40,000 nt of DNA from an uncultured bacterium (GTDB lineage: Bacteria > Patescibacteriota > Gracilibacteria > Absconditabacterales > Absconditicoccaceae): assembly GCA_963540355.1 (NCBI GenBank), contig CAUTND010000004.1, positions 1-40,000 on the forward strand, in the 5' to 3' direction. The notes under the pieces were generated by a model. It was not told where the DNA came from and ran no database searches. It was given only the letters and a program-made list of their open reading frames with translations. Both the position numbers and the translations under genes were made by a program. Below, in pieces: positions 1 through 10,200 of this stretch. How positions within the stretch are numbered: the stretch's first letter is position 1; each line of letters begins with the position of its first letter.

Positions 1-1739
1 TTCCAAGCATATCTATTTTCAATAGGGTTGCACAATACACATTGTGCAAAGTTCGATTTTGGATCAGGATAGTATCCATTCTCACAGAAAGTACATTTTC
101 CAGCGGTTGTACCTGTTCATGGAGTCCTCATAAATCTCTCATCACAGTCAAACTGACAAGAAGTCTCTGAATATCCAGTACTTGTCCAAGCTTTAAATCC
201 TGAATTTACGGTCATCGTAAAATGCTTTTCCCCAGTACCTGCAGGCAAAGGTTTAAATCCTTTCGCTTTTGCATAGTTGAGGAAAGCTGCTAAGTTTCCC
301 TTATCTACGACAACTGATTTACAGTCTTTACATTTATCTTGGTTATTATCTTTCGTCCATTTTCCGATTGCACAAGCATTACAGCTTCTTTCAGTAGCAC
401 TATTTGTATATTCATATGCTGCCTGACACCCAAAGTCACAGTTATCTATTCCTGTTCCAGCAGCTCGCCATCCAGTATGAGCTCCCTTGATATATCTATG
501 AGCAATCTCCGTACATGCTTTACAACCTCCTTGTTGCCATCCACTAGGGTTTACAACATCTGGATGATATCCAGTTCCACAGGTATAGCCACATTCTCAT
601 TGATTACCACCATAGACCCAAGGAACATCAATCCAAGCTCCATTCCCATTATTTGCCTGAGAATCCCATCTTGGCAAAGCTGATCCACTAGTTGTCATGA
701 CAGTATGAGGTTTAGGTCATGTACAAGGTTTTACCTGCATATTTACACATACAGCCTGAATAGTGGTATCTGGAGTCAATGGTACCCAACTTGTCCCATT
801 ACAACCACAAAAACCTGCCTTTCCCCCAGCAGTCACATAGGCCATCAAACCTTTATATTCAGGTCTACATTTTCCTGATCCATCAACAAATCCTCATTTC
901 TGAGTCAGTTTCAAAGCTCCTTTTCCACCTTTCCCTCCGATATCAAGTTGCACTTTAGGATCATTAGTATTCAGTCCAATTCCATGTTTAGTATTAACAT
1001 AGAAAGCACTTGCCTTTTGAGGAACAAATGGCTGATCCGCATCAGACCAAACAAAAACACGTTCTACTCTCCCAGCATCAATTCCGGCACCCATAAGTAC
1101 TGAATCTGATCCTGCGGTATTTCCTCCAGCTCCAAGTACCAAAATCTTAGAACCCCTAATAGTATTTCCATTTCCCCCAACAACAAAGACCTGTTCTTTG
1201 AGCTTTCCAGGCTGTGCATCAGCAGGGAAGGTCGTATTACTTGCACCGATCAAAGCAACACTATCAGATTTTAAGACGGTATTCTTCTCTCCTCCTACAA
1301 TCACCGAATCAATTGAATCATTCATGACATTGGAGTTTCCTCATATGATCAAACCATTATCTGATCGATTAGAGACCCTATTTCCAGATCCTCCGAGGAT
1401 AGAACTTCCTCTAACCGCAGTATTATTCCCCACGATCAATCCATCAGCATTCAAAGCCCCCTTTACACGAAGCGCATTGAGTTCTGGATCATAGCTCAAG
1501 GTCACTGTCGGATCACCAGGTTTACTCCCTGACATATAGAGTACCATTGAAGTCAAATACTGTGTAGTATTCGCTACTCCATCGACCGTTACTCTATCTT
1601 CCTCCTTGATAGAAGAATTCGCAAAAGTAAAAATTCCTAAAGTCTCTAAAGTCAAAAAAGCTGTCATCCCAATAATCCCTATCAACAAGGGTAAGGAGAC
1701 TTCTTTTCGTTTAAATGATTTTGTTTTCTTCGCCGACAT
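1..1739 (-). CDS. Large secreted/surface protein, 3'-partial (C-terminus runs off the window start): signal-anchor, Gly/Asn-rich adhesin- or tail-fibre-like repeats, then a Cys-rich CxxC module
   Basis: One frame stays open from 1790 to base 1 once TGA is read as sense (in-frame TGA at 1341-1343, 894-896, 834-836, 717-719, 597-599, 117-119). The likely start is MSAKKTKSFKRKEVSLPLLIGIIGMTAFL at 1739, with an alternative ATG at 1790. Repeats include GGNGNTIRGSKILVLGAGGNTAGSDSVLMGAG and HGIGLNTNDPKVQLDIGG. The distal part carries CKAC, CNAC, CKDC, CTFC and CVLC plus GYH/GYY motifs. Confidence 0.6.
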
Positions 1740-2061
1740 CGTACAAGATTTAGGAGATAAAAAAATAATCTCGCCTCCCATTATAGTCATTTAAAGCACT
1801 TTGTCAAATTTTTATTAAGAAAATTAAAGCTGTCCCTCTATCACTCCAGATAGGGAATAGATTAAGTAGTTTTGACCATAGTTTCATATCTTGACAAAGA
1901 TTTTTTACCCTGTATCACAAAAAAAGGAAGCATCTAATAAAAAAAAGCTGTTTTTTTGATTCTAATATATTGGAGATAGGATAAAAAATATACTGCTCTT
2001 TTTCATAGATTAGGACTTGTTTTTCACATTTATAATAACAAAATCGTTCTTCTCTCTCCTC

Positions 2062-2559
2062 TTATACTCTAATTTCTAGCACACTCCCCTCCTCTATTCC
2101 AAACCTTGCTGCTGTCCCACTATTCAGCTCAATAGCTTGGACGGCTTCTTCAGAAGGGAAATAGCTTGGACACGGCATTTCCTTACAAGGAGGGATTGAA
2201 ATCAGATCAACGACTCTATGCTCTCCATCAATCCAAAGAATATCGAGCGGAATCAAGGTATTTCTCATCCAAAAACTCCAAAAGTCTGATCTATCAAAAA
2301 CAAAGAGCATCCCCTGATTTTCTGGAAGTGATTCACGAAACATCAATCAGAGTTCTCTCTTTTCTGGCGTATCGGCAATTTCAAGCTCAAAACAGTGATT
2401 TTCATAACACATTTGAGGTTTTTGAGGACTGAGTTTACTCTTTTCTAGAAAGTGAAAAAAGAAAAAGCTGATAACAAGCACTTTGATTCCAATTAAAATC
2501 ATTACTCGTCTAATGAGACTTTGAAAGAATTGCTTTTTCTCTGAAGTTGAATTGAGCAT
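2062..2559 (-). CDS. DUF192 (COG1430) family protein with N-terminal TM segment
   Basis: ORFs 2347-2559 and 2062-2346 share a frame and are joined by TGA at 2347-2349. The result reads ADTPEKREL[G]MMFRESLPENQGMLFVF...FWMRNTLIPLDILWID, the DUF192 pattern. ATG at 2559, TAA at 2062-2064. Confidence 0.7.
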
Positions 2560-2667
2560 ATGAAGAATTGAAAGATAAAATTTTTTTTAATCAGAGCTTA
2601 ATATGCTTCTCTCCGTTACTTTCCTTAGATAAGCATCAAAGAAAAACATCAAACCTACGGAAATTTC

Positions 2668-2695
2668 TTGCATTTCTTGCGGGAATTCCTATAGT
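2668..2695 (+). promoter_or_regulatory. Candidate sigma70-type promoter for lysS (TTGCAT-16 nt-TATAGT)
   Basis: ttgcat at 2668-2673, a 16-nt spacer, then tatagt at 2690-2695, about 38 nt upstream of the lysS ATG. This is sequence pattern only. Confidence 0.3.
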
Positions 2696-2732
2696 TAAGA
2701 CCAGATTTTAACTTTTTCCTTTATAATTGCAA

Positions 2733-4361
2733 ATGGCACAAGTTCAACTTAGCGAAAGAGAGGTCAGAATACAGAAAACTCAGAAACTTCAAGCGATGGG
2801 GATCCATCCTTATGCTCAATCTTTTCACAAAACTCATCTCATCAAGGATATTATTGCGACTTATGACAATCAGCAGCTTCGTGAGATTGAGGCGATTATT
2901 GAAGCTCCAGAAGTGCAGGTCAAAACTGCTGGAAGAATGATGCTCTATCGTTCGCATGGAAAGCTTGCTTTTGCTAAAATCCTTGATAGCACCGAGCAAA
3001 TCCAGCTGATGTTTCATAGAGATCAGTGCAAGATTATCAAAACAGAAAAAAAAGCTGATGGAAGCATGGAAGATATTGAGGTTCAGAGTTTAGACTTTCC
3101 AGAGAGTGAAACCTGAACGATGACGGCTTACAAATTTATGGAGAAGATGGTAGATCTCGGAGATTTCATCGGAGTAGAAGGAGAAGTCTTTAAAACCCAT
3201 AAAGGAGAACTCACCATTTTCGTGTCAGCTTTCAAATTCCTTTCCAAAGCGATTAGACCTTTGCCTGAAAAGTTCCATGGTTTGAGTGATCAGGAGGAGC
3301 TGTATAGGAAAAGATACCTTGATATGACGATGAATCCTGAAACCTATGCGAGATTCCTTTTTAAGTCCAAGTTTTATCAGACTTTAAGGGATTTTTATCG
3401 TAAGCATAACTTTGTTGAGATTCAGACTCCGATTTTGGATAATGCGGCTTCTGGTGCGGCAGCAAGACCGTTTATTACCCATCATAATGACTACGATACC
3501 GATGTTTATCTCAGGATCGCTTTTGAAACCTCACTCAAAAAGGCGACCGTTGGAAGATTTGAGAAAGTGTTTGAGATTGGGCAGGATTTCAGAAATGAGG
3601 GTTCTGATCCTTCACATTTGCAGGAGTTTACGCAGGTGGAGCATTATGCCGTGTATTGGAACTATGAGGATAATATGCGTTTTACCGAGGAAATGTTTGA
3701 TTATCTGTTTGCTGAACTTGGGCTTTCTAAGCAGCTTAAAGTAAAAGATAAAGACTGAATAGAGAAAACGGTTGATTTTACGACCCCACGAGAGAGAATA
3801 GATTATACCAAGGGAATCCTTGATGCTTCAGGGATTGATATTACTAAATATGATACTGATGATGCCGACCAGTTAAGAGCTGACATCCGTGCAAAAGGCA
3901 TTGAATTTGAAGGAATGGACGAGATGGGAACTCCGACTTTGATTGATTATTTATTCAAAAAAGTGCTCAGACCAAAGATCGTAGGACCAGCTTTCATCTA
4001 TAATTACCCAGTGATTATGCAGCCTTTAGCGAGAACTTCTGATGCTGATGCAAATATCGTAGAGCAATTTCAGCTTCTCGTAAATGGTTGGGAGATTTGT
4101 AAAGCCTATTCTGAACTTGTAGATCCACTAATTCAACAGGCAAACTTTGATAAACAAGCTGAAGCCGCAGAAAAGGGAGATGATGAAGCGACCAGTGGAG
4201 ATGATGCCTTCGTAGAGGCGATGGAATATGGAATGCCTCCACAGTCTGGTTTTGGAATGGGATTAGAGAGAATTTTAGCGATTCTAACCGAGCAAGACAA
4301 TCTCAGAGATGTGGTAATGTTCCCACTCATGAAGCTTAGAAATGAAGGCAAAGAAGAATAA
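2733..4361 (+). CDS. lysS: Lysine--tRNA ligase, class II
   Basis: Three same-frame ORF pieces (2727-3116, 3120-3758, 3915-4361) are joined across TGA at 3117-3119 and 3756-3758. Class II motifs are present: FRNEGSDPSHLQEFTQVEHY and GFGMGLERI. ATG at 2733, TAA at 4359-4361. Confidence 0.95.
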
Positions 4362-4484
4362 TTATTGAATAACAAAACTAATTTACCTGAAACTAGCATA
4401 TCCTTTGCCAACGATATTATCTCCAGGCAATGGGCACATACCCCAACACTTTAAATTAGAGTATTTACTTTTTTCTTTTTTCAG

Positions 4485-5357
4485 ATGCTTGAAAATATCC
4501 AATATTCTTTTATGTTTGCATGGACAAGCCTTTCTACCTTCGTTCAGGAACAACCTTTTCTATTTGTTATTATCGCAATAACCCTGCTTTGGTCTGTAGT
4601 TTCACAGTTTATCAAAGCAAGACTCAAAAAAAAATATATCACTCCTTACGAAGGATCAGGAAATATCCATAATCATCACTTCTATTTACAATACTACAAA
4701 AGAGTCCAATATATCAATATCTTTGGAGTCATTTTACTTGTTTTTTTGCTTCTTACCTATTTTCTTACAAAGGATAAAGCAGTTGGAACAGTTTTAGCAG
4801 TTGGAATTGGTGCACTCTTTATCACCTTCCAAACTTTTACCGTTTCTTTTTTCACCTATTTCCTTTTGGTAAAGAATTATGAAATCTGAGATACTATCAG
4901 AGTTGGGTCTGCTGGACTTCAGTGAGAAATTCTCTACATGAAGTCTCTCTATATGTGAATTGCAGGAAAAAATGATTTTTGAGAGCATACCTGAGAATTC
5001 TATATTATCCCCAATCATCATATTTGGGCAAATCCGATTACTAAAGTTGACCTTGCACTGAATCACTATAGCAAACACTCCCTGACCATTATCTACGATC
5101 CAGAACTTTTTCTGATAAATTTTGAAAGCTTTGTAAACGACTTAGAAAAGTTTCTTGATCATCTCCTACCTGTAAGAGCCGCTTCACAAGTATCCTATTT
5201 CAAAACCTACATTGGAGTAAGATATAAAATGGATTTTGGCTATGATAAAGACGGAAAAGCTACAATCTGGATCGGCTGTATTGCCAAGAGAATGGAAGGA
5301 ATCCAAATCAAGAAACAGATTTTAGCTTTTGTAGAAAAACAGAAAAAAACTGAATAA
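4485..5357 (+). CDS. Mechanosensitive ion channel family protein (MscS-like)
   Basis: N-terminal TM helices are followed by NYEI[G]DTIRVGSAGLQ[G]EILYMKSLYM[G]IAGKNDF[G]EHT[G]EFYIIPNHHIW, the MscS beta-domain pattern (GD.I.V....G.V..I......G....IPN). The five bracketed Gly residues are in-frame TGA codons. TAA at 5355-5357. Confidence 0.75.
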
Positions 5358-5401
5358 AACTTTAATAGTAAATAATCTTATCAAAAAAAATAATCTACGA
5401 G

Positions 5402-5430
5402 AAAAAAGCCCTGCTCAAGCAGGGTTTTTT
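5402..5430. terminator. Bidirectional rho-independent terminator between convergent genes
   Basis: Stem ccctgc (5409-5414), loop tcaa, stem gcaggg (5419-5424). An A-run (5402-5407) and a T-run (5425-5430) flank it. It lies between the stop at 5357 (+) and the stop at 5454 (-). Confidence 0.7.
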
Positions 5431-5453
5431 CTATTGAGAAAAGAATAAGTAAC

Positions 5454-7010
5454 TTAGAATTTTTCAATTGAGATATTTTTTGCGAAATCAAACCATTCTG
5501 GATGGTTGACCTTGATTACAAATTTTTTATCACCAAGTTCTTTCAGGATATGATCTTGTCCTGGAAGTTGAAATTCTTTTTTGAAACTACATTCATAGAC
5601 AATAACTGCTGGAGCACTTTGTAAGTTATCACGATCCTTGTATTGAATTACTTTCGTACCATAAGGACAGCGAACTCCTGCTTGTCCAAAATCCTCATCT
5701 GCGGTATCTGAGGTATAAGAGATATTGGAAGAAGGGAAAGTCATAGCATATTCTCATCTGCTAGAGTTATAGGTCATTGTTTTTTCTGAGCTGATAGGGA
5801 ATTGCTTTGCACTAGGAGTAATACCACTTTCTGTATTTGTTTGAAAACTGGTAGTACTTTCAGAATTTACTGTTTTTTCTCTTTTTTCTTCTGTTGTTTT
5901 AGGTTCTTCTTGAGGAGTTTCACTAGGAGAACTATCTTTTGTCTTTATATCAATAAATTTCATCTTTGTTGGCTGAGTAAAATCAAGCCACGCTTCACAG
6001 CTAAATTGCTTCTCTCCTCCTCACTGCATATGAATTTTCAACCCTTGAGCTGTTTTTTCGACACTATGAGTAGTAATCATTGCTTTTGCTCAGGCATCAG
6101 CTCCAAGACAAGTTTTTACTCCATATTGATTAACGATTTCTTTGATTAATTCTGAATTAGCAATTGTGATCAGATTTTTAATCTTTTCAACCTCTTCATC
6201 AGCACTATCGTTGATAAAATAGCCTCGCCAATTTCCATTCTGAAAATACCAACTTTGCACCTCAGGAAGCTTATAAAAACTATCTCCATTAAGGGTTGTA
6301 ACCGCTTTTACAGCAGTATTTGAAAAAGTCCTAGTAAGTTCTTTACAGTTATTATCTCCATAGTTTTCACAGCTAAAGTATTTGATCGTCGTGACCTTCT
6401 CATTATCAAGATTTTTCATACTAATTTCTCCCTTAGTTCCTGGTTCACCGACAAAGGCATATTGATCAAAGAAACTCGCTGGAAAGGCAAGCCCAGCTTG
6501 AGCTACATAAATACCAGGATTTGCTACTTCTTGAGCCGTATCATCTCCTGTCATAGTGTTTTGTTCAGAAGTAGTTTGAGTGCCAATCGTACTTACCTCA
6601 ACTAAAGGAAGCCCTTGATAGATACTTTCAATACTTCACCAGATTTGGAAAGTCCCAGAAAGAGAACTTAAATAATTATAGAGTGGAAGTGTAGTACTTT
6701 TGAGCAAAAACTTTTCTCCATCACTTGTAGTAAGCGTATGAGTATAGGTTACAACGTCACCATCTGCCTTTAAAATTCCTTCTTTTTGGACTGCTGATCC
6801 AATCATATAGCCACTTTCATGACTTGGTTCATTTGGAATATCCTGAGTAAAAAGTGCTGCTCTATACCAATAGCCTGCACCACCTAAAAGAAGTACTAAA
6901 AGCAGAATCCAAATCCATTTTGGACGAGAAGGAGTTTGAGGTTGCCTAATCACGCCGCCAGAAAATCCACTATTTCTCTGCTGTTTACTGAAGAAATCTT
7001 GTTTTTGCAT
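5454..7010 (-). CDS. Hypothetical membrane-anchored protein (about 518 aa)
   Basis: Four ORF pieces (6636-7010, 6090-6554, 5754-5963, 5454-5744) share a frame. I translated the gap 5964-6092 and it is open, with in-frame TGA at 6636, 6090, 6015 and 5754. One TM segment (KWIWILLLVLLLGGAGYWY) and a Ser/Thr/Glu-rich linker are visible. No family recognised. Confidence 0.6.
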
Positions 7011-7043
7011 TACACATTATTTAGGAGATAAATCTCACTCATA

Positions 7044-7078
7044 ATAAAAAAAGAAACCTGATTTTCAAGTTCAGATTT
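7044..7078 (-). terminator. Rho-independent terminator or attenuator downstream of secD
   Basis: On the minus-strand RNA, aaaucuga...ucagguuu forms an 8-bp stem including one G-U pair (7054-7078), followed by a U-run (plus-strand A-run 7044-7053). It sits only about 35 nt upstream of the next gene start at 7010. Confidence 0.45.
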
Positions 7079-7114
7079 CTCTTTTCTCTTCTCTAAGATG
7101 AGCTTAGGGATTTC

Positions 7115-8845
7115 TTAGTCCTTTTTGCCTTTATAAATGATTTGAAGTGCTTCTTTGATGAATGGAACATTTAGAACCAAGGTAAGTATTGCAGTCAAAA
7201 CGATCATTGATCCAAATCCCTTGAACATATTAATTCCATATGCGAAGAGCAATACTCAGATCAAAAGCGTAGAAATCTGACCATCTCTGATAGCTGACCA
7301 ACTTCTCTTGATTGCCGTTTCAATCGCAGAAGAATAAGTTTTATCATCTCTTACCTCTTCATTCATTCTTTCGAAGATAAGAATATTCGCATCTACTGCC
7401 ATACCGATTGAAAGGATGATAGCAGCAATTCCACTAAGCGAAAGTGCATAATCAATAAGCTTTAAAATCGCAAGAAGTACGATAAAGAAGAAGATCATCG
7501 TAGCAGTCGTTACAGTTGCTTTTCTTCGTCCATAGATAAAGAACATATAGAGTACAATTGCAAGCATTCCAACCCCTGTTGCAACCAAAGCTCCCTGAAA
7601 AGCAGAATCCCCTAGAGATGGACTAACTTTTTCTTCTTGAAGAAGGATGAGTGGTGCAGGCATATTTCCTGAATTGAGTTCTTTTGCGGTTTCAATAGCT
7701 CTTTCTTTATCAAATCCACCAGAAATTTGAGCTCTACCATCACAAATTTTTTCGTTGATATTTGCAATCGTTGCTGCCTTTCCTCCAATAAAGATTCCCA
7801 TACTTTTCCCTACATTATTGGTCGTAATCTGACAGAAGATTTCGCTTCCTTTTCCATTAAATTCAATCCCTACACTTGGCTGTCCAAGTTGAGTAGTTTC
7901 TGGTCTTGCAAGGGTAAAATAAGCTCCATTGAGTGGACTTCCATCATTTCCTTGAGCAATCTTCCAGCTGAGCCTATCTTGAACGAAAATTTCATCAATA
8001 GTATATGCGGTTACTCTTTTAGTAGCTGCTGATTCTCCAGTTCCTTCAGGAATTTCTACTTCTTCTTTATTTTTTATACGGAATACGAGGAAGCCTTCTA
8101 CCTTATCACTAATTGTTTCTCCAGAGAGAGTCTGATAACTCTGAGTAAGATAAGTTCCTTCCAAAAGTTCTGAAATCTGATTGAGTGTTTGATTCTCCAA
8201 GAGAGCTTGGTTATTCTGATAAAGTTCAGGAAGATTTTCAAGAGTTCCTTGGATAGTTCTAGCAATGATATTATCTGCTTCTTTGTTGGCGTAAAGCTCA
8301 AGCATTTTTTCTGGAGTAGCAAGTACTTCAGCTCTAATCTGTTTTGCCATTTCTTTTCTTTGATCAATGGTGCTAGGAGTCACTTCCTCTTCATTCTCAA
8401 TTCTGAATTCAAGTTCTACGGTCTTACCAATAATTTCTTTTGCTTGATCCAAATCAGCAACTCCTCCAATCTCTACAACAATCTGTGACTCTTCTCCAAT
8501 AGTTTGAGGTTTCGCAACATAATCACTCACTCCAAGTGTAGAAATTCTTGAATCAATGTTCTTTAAAATAACTTCTTCAATTGCTTTTTTTACCATCAAA
8601 AATTCTTCTGGAGAATAGAGTTCCTTATATTTTGAATAGTCAATTTTATATACAAGTTTGGTTCATCCCGAGATATCAAGTCCCTTTCTAAAATGAGAAA
8701 GTCCTTTCGTGGTAAAAATCCAATCCCTTTGGAACGTTTCAGTATTAAAATTTCTTCCTACAAAAAGAACAAAGAAAAGGCTGATCACAAACACGATTCC
8801 GAGTGTGATTCTTTTCGTGGTCCAAAATCCTTTCATAGCACACAT
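7115..8845 (-). CDS. secD: Protein translocase subunit SecD
   Basis: Pieces 8663-8845 and 7256-8599 plus a tail to TAA at 7115-7117 share a frame. The junction reads KGLDISG[G]TKLVYKIDY, matching the SecD GLDL.GG motif. The C-terminal six-TM domain includes IGMAVDANILIFERMNEE. Start at 8845 or 8836 (MKGFWTTKR). Confidence 0.85.
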
Positions 8846-9103
8846 AGGTAATGTAAAATAAAAAACGAATGGAGTATAAACTTTTCTCTAGTGAATACAA
8901 GGGCAACTTGACTTTTTGCTTGCATTGAGAGCTAAGAAATATAGTATGGAGTCGGATTTATTTCTTTTATTGCCTTCCACAAGACTTATCCTCCAAAAAA
9001 TTGCAAAAAGTATCTTGTACCAAATGATTCTAGCAAAGAGGATTACTTACCAAGAAGTGATTAAAAAGTATCAGATTAAACTTTAATTTTTTTCTCTTAT
9101 TTG

Positions 9104-10135
9104 ATGTCAAAACTAGGAATGTTGCTCGTGGTAGCGAGTCTCGGAATTATGCTCTTTAGTCGGAGCATTTACAAGAAGAAAAGGATCAGACTTTTTTCTT
9201 TTTTGCTTTTTTTCTTCTGAGCCGCAATCATAGGGATTTTTGCACTTAAGACGGAATGGCTTAATGCTATTGGAATCACTTTTGGACTGAATAGAGGAGC
9301 AGATTTGATCGTTTATTGTGCAATTATCGTTTTGCTTTACGGTTTAATGAGCCTTTATGGTAAATACAGTCAAAGCCATCAAAAGCAGACTGAAATCATC
9401 AGAGCAGTTTCGTTACAGCAAGCGATTGGTAGTTTTTGAGAGGCAGAATGTGTGTTTGTAATCCCCGCTTATAATGAATCAGATCATGCTTTGGATGTAT
9501 TAGAAGAAGTCTTAAATGCTGGACATGGTATCGTTTTTGTTGATGATGGAAGTCAGAATCAGCTCTATCAAAAGGTTACTCAACGCTTTAAAGGAGAAAA
9601 GCTACTTGCTATCAAACATATCATCAATCTCTGACAAGGAGCAGCTTTACAAACGGGATTTGCTGCAATTTTACAGGCTGAAAATCCTCCAAAATATGCG
9701 GTTACTTTTGATTCTGATGGGCAGCATCTTTTGAGTGATCTTCCTAATTTTCTTGAAGCTTTTAAGGCTGATCCTCATCTTGATATTGCGCTGGGTTCTA
9801 GATTTCTCGGCTCTGCTATCAATATGCCAAAAGCAAAAAAGCTGATCCTGAAACTAGGGATTCTCTTTACTTCCATCTTTAGTGGACTTCAGCTCAGCGA
9901 TACCCATAATGGCTATAGAATGATCAAAGTGAGCTCACTTCCTCAGCTAAAAATTACTATGAATGGGATGGAACATGCATCAGAAATCCTAGATCTCATC
10001 AATCAAAAAAAGCTGAATTATGTGGAAGTTCCAAATACCATTCTTTATACAGAATATAGTATAGCAAGGGGACAAAAACTTTCCAATAGTATCAAAATCG
10101 TAAAAAACTTGATTTTCAAAAAACTTTTGGGATAA
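9104..10135 (+). CDS. DUF2304-like membrane domain fused to a family-2 glycosyltransferase (DPM/GtrB-like)
   Basis: The frame runs from ATG 9104 across TGA at 9218-9220, 9437-9439 and 9632-9634. The N-terminal part reads FGLNRGADLIVYCAIIVLLYG...EIIRAVSLQQA (DUF2304 pattern). The GT2 part reads FVIPAYNES, VFVDDGS, NL[G]QGAALQTGF and FDSDGQH. TAA at 10133-10135. Confidence 0.75.
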
Positions 10136-10157
10136 GGATCTATCATTTTAAATCATT

Positions 10158-10200
10158 AAAAAAAAACTGACCTTGAGATGAAGTCAGTCTTTTATTTTTT
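10158..10200. terminator. Bidirectional rho-independent terminator
   Basis: Stem actgac (10166-10171) pairs with gtcagt (10183-10188), with an A-run before and a T-rich run after. It lies between the GT2 stop (10135, +) and the gyrB stop (10201, -). Confidence 0.6.

Noticed and set aside
339-683. Plus-strand ORF 339-683 (114 aa)
   Set aside because: It is antisense to the continuous minus-strand Cys-rich coding frame that I translated from 893 down to base 1.
775-852. An alternative minus-strand frame reading FDGYVTAGGKAGFCGCNGTSWVP, which looked more protein-like and suggested a frameshift in the first gene
   Set aside because: Careful re-indexing showed that frame is closed by TAG and TAA on the upstream side and TAA on the downstream side. 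The main frame is continuous, so no frameshift is needed. My first impression came from miscopying one base.
8946-9086. 46-codon ORF (MESDLFLLLPSTRLILQKIAKSILYQMILAKRITYQEVIKKYQIKL) upstream of the glycosyltransferase
   Set aside because: It is too short and has no recognisable motif or coupling signal. I cannot distinguish it from a chance ORF without comparative data.
9437-9454. Treating TGA 9437-9439 as a genuine stop, giving separate DUF2304 and GT2 genes (GTG start at 9452)
   Set aside because: Everywhere else in the window TGA is demonstrably sense. I therefore call the fusion, but flag it as a finding to be tested.
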